A stretch of DNA of 64,000 nucleotides from Auanema rhodensis. Its lineage: Eukaryota > Animalia > Nematoda. The notes beneath the pieces were generated by a model, which ran no database searches, was not told the origin of the DNA, and saw nothing but the letters and a program-made list of their open reading frames with translations. The stretch lies in assembly GCA_964057225.1 (NCBI GenBank), contig OZ059895.1, forward strand, positions 19,158,001 to 19,222,000. Direction: 5' to 3'. The position numbers were made by a program, and so were the translations under genes. Of this stretch, positions 53,751-64,000 are shown in pieces. How positions within the stretch are numbered: the first letter of the stretch is position 1; each line of letters starts with the position of its first letter.

Positions 53751-56700
53751 TAAATTTGAAATTCATAGTAACCATACACCGATATCAATAATGTTTTGTT
53801 TTTAGACTAATATGGACATGGGGAATCTAATTTTGAGAACCGCATCTTTTTATCTTTCACGGGAAGCGAGTTACATACCATGTGCACATCACGTGTACAA
53901 TTAATTAGCATAAATTAAAGTTCACGTAAATTTCAAAGTCATGGTTACCACGCACCAATATCAATAAAAATTCGTTTTTAGACTAACATGGACATGGGGA
54001 ATCTAATTTTGAAAACCGCATCTTTTTATCTTTCACGGGAAGCGAGTTACATACCATGTGCACATCACGTGTACATTTAATTAGCATAAATTAAAGTTCA
54101 TGTAAATTTGAAATTCATGGTAACCATACACCGATATCAATAAAAATTTGTTTTTAGACTAATATGGACATGGGGAATCTAATTTTGAAAACCGCATCTC
54201 TTTATCTTTCACGGGAAGCGAGTTACATACCATGTGCACATCACGTGTACAATTAATTAGCATAACTTAAAGTTCACGTAAATTTCAAAGTCATGGTTAC
54301 CACGCACCAATATCAATAAAAATTCGTTTTTAGACTAACATGGACATGGGGAATCTAATTTTGAAAACCGCATCTTTTTATCTTTCACGGGAAGCGAGTT
54401 ACATACCATGTGCACATCACGTGTACATTTAATTAGCATAAATTAAAGTTCATGTAAATTTGAAATTCATGGTAACCATACACCGATATCAATAAAAATT
54501 TGTTTTTAGACTAACATGGACATGGGGAATCTAATTGTGAAAACCGCATCTTTTTATCTTTCACGTGAAGCGAGTTACATACCAAGTGCACATCACGTGT
54601 ACGTTTAATTAGCATAAATTAAAGTTCACGTAAATTTCACAGTCATGGTTACCATGCACCAATATCAATAAAAATTTGTATTTAGACTAATATGGACATG
54701 GGGAATCTAATTTTGAGAACCGCATCTTTTTATCTTTCACGGGAAGCGAGTTACACACCATGTGCACATCACGTGTACATTTAATTAGCATAAATTAAAG
54801 TTCACGTAAAATTCAAAGTCATGGTTACCATGCACCAATATCAATAAAAATTTGTTTTTAGACTAATATGGACATGGGGAATCTAATTTTGAAAACCGCA
54901 TCTCTTTATCTTTCACGGGAAGCGAGTTACATACCATGTGCACATCACGTGTACAATTAATTAGCATAACTTAAAGTTCACGTAAATTTCAAAGTCATGG
55001 TTACCATGCACCAATATCAATAATGTTATGTTTTTAGACTAACATGGACATGGGAAATCTAATTTTGAAAACCGCATCTTTTTATCTTTCACGGGAAGCG
55101 AGTTACATACCATGTGCACATCACGTGTACAATTAATTAGCATAAATTGAAGTTGACGTAAATTTCAAAGTCATGGTTACCATGCACCAATATCAATAAA
55201 AATTTGTTTTTAGACTAATATGAACATGGGGAATCTAATTTTGAAAACCGCATCTCTTTATCTTTCACGGGAAGCGAGTTACATACCATTTGCACATCAC
55301 GTGTATATATAATTAGCATAAATTAAAGTTCACGTAAATTTCAAAGTCATGGTTACCATGCACCAATATCAATAAAAATTTGTTTTTAGACTAATATGGA
55401 CATGGGGAATCTAATTTTGAAAACCGCATCTCTTTATCTTTCACGGGAAGCGAGTTACATACCACGTGCACATCACGTGTACAATTAATTAGCATAAATT
55501 AAAGTTCACGTAAATTTCAAAGTCATTGTTACCATGCACCAATATCAATAAAAATTTGTTTTTAGACTAATATGGACATGGGGAATCTAATTTTGAAAAC
55601 CTCATCTCTTTATCTTTCACGGGAAGCGAGTTACATACCATTTGCACAGCACGTGTACAATTAATTAGCATAAATTAAAGTTCACGTAAATTTCAAAGTC
55701 ATGGTTACCATACACCGATATCAATAATGTTATGATTTTAGACTAATATGGACATGGGGAATCTAATTTTGAAAACCGCATCTCTTTATCTTTCACGGGA
55801 AGCGAGTTACACACCATTTGCACATCACGTGTACATTTAATTAGCATAAATTAAAGTTCACGTAAATTTCAAAGTCATTGTTACCATGCACCAATATCAA
55901 TAAAAATTTGTTTTTAGACTAATATGGACATGGGGAATCTAATTTTGAGAACCGCATCTCTTTATCTTTCACGGGAAGCGAGATACATACCATGTGCACA
56001 TCACGTATACAATTAATTAGCATAAATTAAAGTTCACGTAAATTTCAAAGTCATGGTTACCATGCACCAATATCAATAAAAATTTGTTTTTAGACTAATA
56101 TGGACATGGGGAATCTAATTTTGAAAACCGCATCTTTTTATCTTTCACGGGAAGCGAGTTACATACCATGTGCACATCACGTGTACAATTAATTAGCATA
56201 AATTAAAGTTCACGTAAATTTCAAAGTCATGGTTACCATGCACCAATATCAATAAAAATTTGTTTTTAGACTAATATGGACATGGGGAATCTAATTTTGA
56301 AAACCGCATCTTTTTATCTTTCACGGGAAGCGAGTTACATACCATGTGCACATCACGTGTACATTTAATTAGCATAAATTAAAGTTCACGTAAATTTCAA
56401 AGTCATGGTTACCACGCACCAATATCAATAAAAATTTGTTTTTAGACTAATATGGACATGGGGAATCTAATTTTGAAAACCGCATCTCTTTATCTTTCAC
56501 GGGAAGCGAGTTACATACCATGTGCACATCACGTATACAATTAATTAGCATAAATTAAAGTTCACGTAAATTTCAAAGTCATGGTTACCATGTAGCAATA
56601 TCAATAAAAATTTGTTTTTAGACTAATATGGACATGGGGAATCTAATTTTGAAAACCGCATCTCTTTATCTTTCACGGGAAGCGAGTTACATACCATGTG

Positions 56701-59700
56701 CACATCACGTGTACAATAAATTAGCATAAATTAAAGTTCACGTAAATTTCAAAGTCATGGTTACCACGCACCAATATCAATAAAAATTTGTTTTTAGACT
56801 AATATGGACATGGGGAATCTAATTTTGAGAACCGCATCTCTTTATCTTTCACGGGAAGCGAGTTACATACCATGTGCACATCACGTGTACAATAAATTAG
56901 CATAAATTAAAGTTCACGTAAATTTGAAATTCATGGTAACCATACACCGATATCAATAATGTTTTGTTTTTAGACTAATATGGACATGGGGAATCTAATT
57001 TTGAAAACCGCATCTCTTTATCTTTCACGGGAAGCGAGTTACATACCATTTGCACATCACGTGTATATATAATTAGCATAAATTAAAGTTCACGTAAATT
57101 TCAAAGTCATGGTTACCATACACCGATATCAATAATGTTATGGTTTTAGACTAATATGGACATGGGGAATCTAATTTTGAAAACCGCATCTTTTTATCTT
57201 TCACGGGAAGCGAGTTACATACCATTTGCACATCACGTGTATATATAATTAGCATAAATTAAAGTTCACGTAAATTTCAAAGTCATGGTTACCATGCACC
57301 AATATCAATAAAAATTTGTTTTTAGACTAATATGGACATGGGGAATCTAATTTTGAAAACCGCATCTCTTTATCTTTCACGGGAAGCGAGTTACATACCA
57401 TTTGCACATCACGTGTATATATAATTAGCATAAATTAAAGTTCACGTAAATTTCAAAGTCATGGTTACCATACACCGATATCAATAATGTTATGTTTTTA
57501 GACTAATATGGACATGGGGAATCTAATTTTGAAAACCGCATCTCTTTATCTTTCACGGGAAGCGAGTTATTACATACCATTTGCACATCACGTGTATATA
57601 TAATTAGCATGAATTAAAGTTCACGTAAATTTCAAAGTCATGGTTACCATGCACCAATATCAATAAAAATTTGTTTTTAGACTAATATGGACATGGGGAA
57701 TCTAATTTTGAAAACCGCATCTTTTTATCTTTCACGGGAAGCGAGTTACATACCATGTGCACATCACGTGTACAATTAATTAGCATAAATTAAAGTTCAC
57801 GTAAATTTCAAAGTCATGGTTACCATGCACCAATATCAATAAAAATTTGTTTTTAGACTAATATGGACATGGGGAATCTAATTTTGAAAACCGCATCTCT
57901 TTATCTTTCACGGGAAGCGAGTTACACACCATTTGCACATCACGTGTACATTTAATTAGCATAAATTAAAGTTCACGTAAATTTCAAAGTCATTGTTACC
58001 ATGCACCAATATCAATAAAAATTTGTTTTTAGACTAATATGGACATGGGGAATCTAATTTTGAAAACCGCATCTCTTTATCTTTCACGGGAAGCGAGTTA
58101 CATACCATTTGCACATCACGTGTATATATAATTAGCATAAATTAAAGTTCACGTAAATTTCAAAGTCATGGTTACCATGCACCAATATCAATAAAAATTT
58201 GTTTTTAGACTAATATGGACATGGGGAATCTAATTTTGAAAACCGCATCTTTTTATCTTTCACGGGAAGCGAGTTACATACCATGTGCACATCACGTGTA
58301 CAATTAATTAGCATAAATTAAAGTTCACGTAAATTTCAAAGTCATGGTTACCATGCACCAATATCAATAAAAATTTGTTTTTAGACTAATATGGACATGG
58401 GGAATCTAATTTTGAAAACCGCATCTCTTTATCTTTCACGGGAAGCGAGTTACACACCATTTGCACATCACGTGTACATTTAATTAGCATAAATTAAAGT
58501 TCAAGTAAATTTCAAAGTCATTGTTACCATGCACCAATATCAATAAAAATTTGTTTTTAGACTAATATGGACATGGGGAATCTAATTTTGAAAACCGCAT
58601 CTCTTTATCTTTCACGGGAAGCGAGTTACATACCAATTGCACATCACGTGTATATATAATTAGCATAAATTAAAGTTCACGTAAATTTCAAAGTCATGGT
58701 TACCATGCACCAATATCAATAAAAATTTGTTTTTAGACTAATATGGACATGGGGAATCTAATTTTGAAAACCGCATCTCTTTATCTTTCACGGGAAGCGA
58801 GTTACATACCATTTGCACATCACGTGTATATATAATTAGCATAAATTAAAGTTCACGTAAATTTCAAAGTCATGGTTACCATGCACCAATATCAATAAAA
58901 ATTTGTTTTTAGACTAATATGGACATGGGGAATCTAATTTTGAAAACCGCATCTCTTTATCTTTCACGGGAAGCGAGTTATTACATACCATTTGCACATC
59001 ACGTGTATATATAATTAGCATGAATTAAAGTTCACGTAAATTTCAAAGTCATGGTTACCATGCACCAATATCAATAAAAATTTGTTTTTAGACTAATATG
59101 GACATGGGGAATCTAATTTTGAAAACCGCATCTTTTTATCTTTCACGGGAAGCGAGTTACATACCATGTGCACATCACGTGTACAATTAATTAGCATAAA
59201 TTAAAGTTCACGTAAATTTCAAAGTCATGGTTACCATGCACCAATATCAATAAAAATTTGTTTTTAGACTAATATGGACATGGGGAATCTAATTTTGAAA
59301 ACCGCATCTCTTTATCTTTCACGGGAAGCGTGTTACACACCATTTGCACATCACGTGTACATTTAATTAGCATAAATTAAAGTTCACGTAAATTTCAAAG
59401 TCATGGTTACCATACACCGATATCAATAATGTTATGTTTTTAGACTAATATGGACATGGGGAATCTAATTTTGAAAACCGCATCTCTTTATCTTTCACGG
59501 GAAGCGAGTTATTACATACCATTTGCACATCACGTGTATATATAATTAGCATGAATTAAAGTTCACGTAAATTTCAAAGTCATGGTTACCATGCACCAAT
59601 ATCAATAAAAATTTGTTTTTAGACTAATATGGACATGGGGAATCTAATTTTGAAAACCGCATCTTTTTATCTTTCACGGGAAGCGAGTTACATACCATGT

Positions 59701-62700
59701 GCACATCACGTGTACAATTAATTAGCATAAATTAAAGTTCACGTAAATTTCAAAGTCATGGTTACCATGCACCAATATCAATAAAAATTTGTTTTTAGAC
59801 TAATATGGACATGGGGAATCTAATTTTGAAAACCGCATCTCTTTATCTTTCACGGGAAGCGAGTTACACACCATTTGCACATCACGTGTACATTTAATTA
59901 GCATAAATTAAAGTTCACGTAAATTTCAAAGTCATTGTTACCATGCACCAATATCAATAAAAATTTGTTTTTAGACTAATATGGACATGGGGAATCTAAT
60001 TTTGAAAACCGCATCTCTTTATCTTTCACGGGAAGCGAGTTACATACCATTTGCACATCACGTGTATATATAATTAGCATAAATTAAAGTTCACGTAAAT
60101 TTCAAAGTCATGGTTACCATGCACCAATATCAATAAAAAGTTGTTTTTAGACTAATATGGACATGGGGAATCTAATTTTGAAAACCGCATCTCTTTATCT
60201 TTCACGGGAAGCGAGTTACATACCATTTGCACATCACGTGTATATATAATTAGCATAAATTAAAGTTCACGTAAATTTCAAAGTCATTGTTACCATGCAC
60301 CAATATCAATAAAAATTTGTTTTTAGACTAATATGGACATGGGGAATCTAATTTTGAAAACCGCATCTCTTTATCTTTCACGGGAAGCGAGTTACACACC
60401 ATTTGCACATCACGTGTACATTTAATTAGCATAAATTAAAGTTCACGTAAATTTCAAAGTCATTGTTACCATGCACCAATATCAATAAAAATTTGTTTTT
60501 AGACTAATATGGACATGGAGAATCTAATTTTGAAAACCGCATCTCTTTATCTTTCACGGGAAGCGAGTTACATACCATTTGCACATCACGTGTATATATA
60601 ATTAGCATAAATTAAAGTTCACGTAAATTTCAAAGTCATGGTTACCATGCACCAATATCAATAAAAATTTGTTTTTAGACTAATATGGACATGGGGAATC
60701 TAATTTTGAAAACCGCATCTCTTTATCTTTCACGGGAAGCGAGTTACATACCATTTGCACATCACGTGTATATATAATTAGCATAAATTAAAGTTCACGT
60801 AAATTTCAAAGTCATGGTTACCATGCACCAATATCAATAAAAATTTGTTTTTAGACTAATATGGACATGGGGAATCTAATTTTGAAAACCGCATCTCTTT
60901 ATCTTTCACGGGAAGCGAGTTATTACATTCCATTTGCACATCACGTGTATATATAATTAGTATAAATTAAAGTTCACGTAAATTTCAAAGTCATTGTTAC
61001 CATGCACCAATATCAATAAAAATTTGTTTTTAGACTAATATGGACATGGGGAATCTAATTTTGAAAACCGCATCTCTTTATCTTTCACGGGAAGCGAGTT
61101 ACATACCATTTGCACATCACGTGTATATATAATTAGCATAAATTAAAGTTCACGTAAATTTCAAAGTCATGGTTACCATACACCGATATCAATAATGTTA
61201 TGGTTTTAGACTAATATGGACATGGGGAATCTAATTTTGAAAACCGCATCTTTTTATCTTTCACGGGAAGCGAGTTACATACCATTTGCACATCACGTGT
61301 ATATATAATTAGCATAAATTAAAGTTCACGTAAATTTCAAAGTCATGGTTACCATACACCGATATCAATAATGTTATGTTTTTAGACTAATATGGACATG
61401 GGGAATCTAATTTTGAAAACCGCATCTCTTTATCTTTCACGGGAAGCGAGTTACATACCATTTGCACATCACGTGTATATATAATTAGCATAAATTAAAG
61501 TTCACGTAAATTTCAAAGTCATGGTTACCATGCACCAATATCAATAAAAATTTGTTTTTAGACTAATATGGACATGGGGAATCTAATTTTGAAAACCGCA
61601 TCTCTTTATCTTTCACGGGAAGCGAGTTACATACCATTTGCACATCACGTGTATATATAATTAGCATAAATTAAAGTTCACGTAAATTTCAAAGTCATGG
61701 TTACCATACACCGATATCAATAATGTTATGTTTTTAGACTAATATGGACATGGGGAATCTAATTTTGAAAACCGCATCTCTTTATCTTTCACGGGAAGCG
61801 AGTTACATACCATGTGCACATCACGTGTACAATTAATTAGCATAAATTAAAGTTCACGTAAATTTCAAAGTCATTGTTACCACGCACCAATATCAATAAT
61901 GTTATGTTTTTAGACTAATATGGACATGGGGAATCTAATTTTGAAAACCGCATCTCTTTATCTTTCACGGGAAGCGAGTTACATACCACGTGCACATCAC
62001 GTGTACATTTAATTAGCATGAATTAAAGTTCACGTAAATTTCAAAGTTATTGTTACCATGCACCAATATCAATAAAAATTTGTTTTTAGACTAATATGGA
62101 CATGGGGAATCTAATTTTGAGAACCGCATCTCTTTATCTTTCACGGGAAGCGAGTTACATACCATGTGCACATCACGTGTACAATAAATTAGCATAAATT
62201 AAAGTTCACGTAAATTTCAAAGTCATGGTTACCATGCACCAATATCAATAAAAATTTGTTTTTAGACTAATATGGACATGGGGAATCTAATTTTGAAAAC
62301 CGCATCTTTTTATCTTTCACGGGAAGCGAGTTACATACCATTTGCACATCACGTGTATATATAATTAGCATAAATTAAAGTTCACGTAAATTTCAAAGTC
62401 ATGGTTACCATGCACCAATATCAATAAAAATTTGTTTTTAGACTAATATGGACATGGGGAATCTAATTCTGAAAACCGCATCTTTTTATCTTTCACGTGA
62501 AGCGAGTTACATACCAAGTGCACATCACGTGTACGTTTAATTAGCATAAATTAAAGTTCACGTAAAATTCAAAGTCATGGTTACCATGCACCAATATCAA
62601 TAAAAATTTGTATTTAGACTAATATCGACATGGGGAATCTAATTTTGAGAACCGCATCTTTTTATCTTTCACGGGAAGCGAGTTACACACCATGTGCACA

Positions 62701-64000
62701 TCACGTGTACATTTAATTAGCATAAATTAAAGTTCACGTAAAATTCAAAGTCATGGTTACCATGCACCAATATCAATAAAAATTTGTTTTTAGACTAATA
62801 TCGACATGGGGAATCTAATTCTGAAAACCGCATCTCTTTATCTTTCACGGGAAGCGAGTTACATACCATGTGCACATCACGTGTACAATTAATTAGCATA
62901 ACTTAAAGTTCACGTAAATTTCAAAGTCATGGTTACCATGCACCAATATCAATAATGTTATGTTTTTAGACTAACATGGACATGGGAAATCTAATTTTGA
63001 AAACCGCATCTTTTTATCTTTCACGGGAAGCGAGTTACATACCCTGTGCACATCACGTGTACAATTAATTAGCATAAATTAAAGTTCACGTAAATTTCAC
63101 AGTCATGGTTACCATGCACCAATATCAATAAAAATTTGTTTTTAGACTAATATGGACATGGGGAATCTAATTTTGAGAACCGCATCTTTTTATCTTTCAC
63201 GGGAAGCGAGTTACACACCATGTGCACATCACGTGTACATTTAATTAGCATAACTTAAAGTTCACGTAAATTTCAAAGTCATGGTTACCATGCACCAATA
63301 TCAATAAAAATTTGTTTTTAGACTAATATGGACATGGGGAATCTAATTTTGAAAACCGCATCTCTTTATCTTTCACGGGAAGCGAGTTACATACCATGTG
63401 CACATCACGTGTACAATTAATTAGCATAAATTAAAGTTCACGTAAATTTCAAAGTCATGGTTACCATACACCGATATCAATAAAAATTTGTTTTTAGACT
63501 AATATGGACATGGGGAATCTAATTTTGAAAACCGCATCTCTTTATCTTTCACGGGAAGCGAGTTACATACCATGTGCACATCACGTGTACAATAAATTAG
63601 CATAAATTAAAGTTCACGTAAATTTCAAAGTCATGGTTACCACGCACCAATATCAATAAAAATTTGTTTTTAGACTAATATGGACATGGGGAATCTAATT
63701 TTGAGAACCGCATCTCTTTATCTTTCACGGGAAGCGAGTTACATACCATGTGCACATCACGTGTACAATAAATTAGCATAAATTAAAGTTCACGTAAATT
63801 TGAAATTCATGGTAACCATACACCGATATCAATAATGTTTTGTTTTTAGACTAATATGGACATGGGGAATCTAATTTTGAAAACCGCATCTCTTTATCTT
63901 TCACGGGAAGCGAGTTACATACCATTTGCACATCACGTGTATATATAATTAGCATAAATTAAAGTTCACGTAAATTTCAAAGTCATGGTTACCATACACC
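53751..64000 (+). repeat. 176-bp tandem satellite array (~58 monomers, running off the window end)
   Basis: GACTAA[T/C]ATGGACATGG recurs at 53805, 53981 and 54157 (period 176). Copies are near-identical, and four carry a 3-bp insertion. Confidence 0.99.

Noticed and set aside
53751-64000. CRISPR array or tandem SL/snRNA/tRNA/5S genes
   Set aside because: There are no unique spacers and the context is eukaryotic. I saw no SL1 leader, cloverleaf or recognisable RNA gene; AATTTTGA alone is insufficient for an Sm site. An Infernal/Rfam scan would settle it.
53940-64000. X-box array in the satellite (GTTACCATG)
   Set aside because: Only a half-site is present; the RGNAAC half is missing.

Overview
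AT-rich eukaryotic DNA from a rhabditid-type nematode. The evidence is ~42-50 bp introns, TTTCAG-type acceptors and clear orthologues of C. elegans genes; the species cannot be fixed from sequence alone. There are three zones. (1) 1-11 kb is gene-poor, with one small 3-exon orphan gene that the ORF track misses and long (CT)n/(AG)n tracts. (2) 11-53 kb is very gene-dense: DUF1647 protein, mks-6/CC2D2A, xpa-1, app-1, an uncharacterised gene, osm-5/IFT88, a small membrane protein, cpl-1, TM2-domain protein, TM9SF4, TRMT6, an SDR, an acyl-CoA synthetase carrying an intronic Merlin-like MITE, pbs-7, DUS1L, a CID/RPRD protein, phip-1, an FABP and TMEM144. Both cilia genes have an X-box. (3) From 53.75 kb to the end is a 176-bp tandem satellite (~58 copies). 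The most striking observation is at the gene/satellite border. Two inverted copies of a degenerate palindrome centred on GGC/GCC (53264-53282, 53366-53384) resemble the break/telomere-addition motif of nematode programmed DNA elimination, which would make the satellite germline-restricted. This is an inference needing read data. Gene models were spliced by hand, so some terminal exons are approximate.
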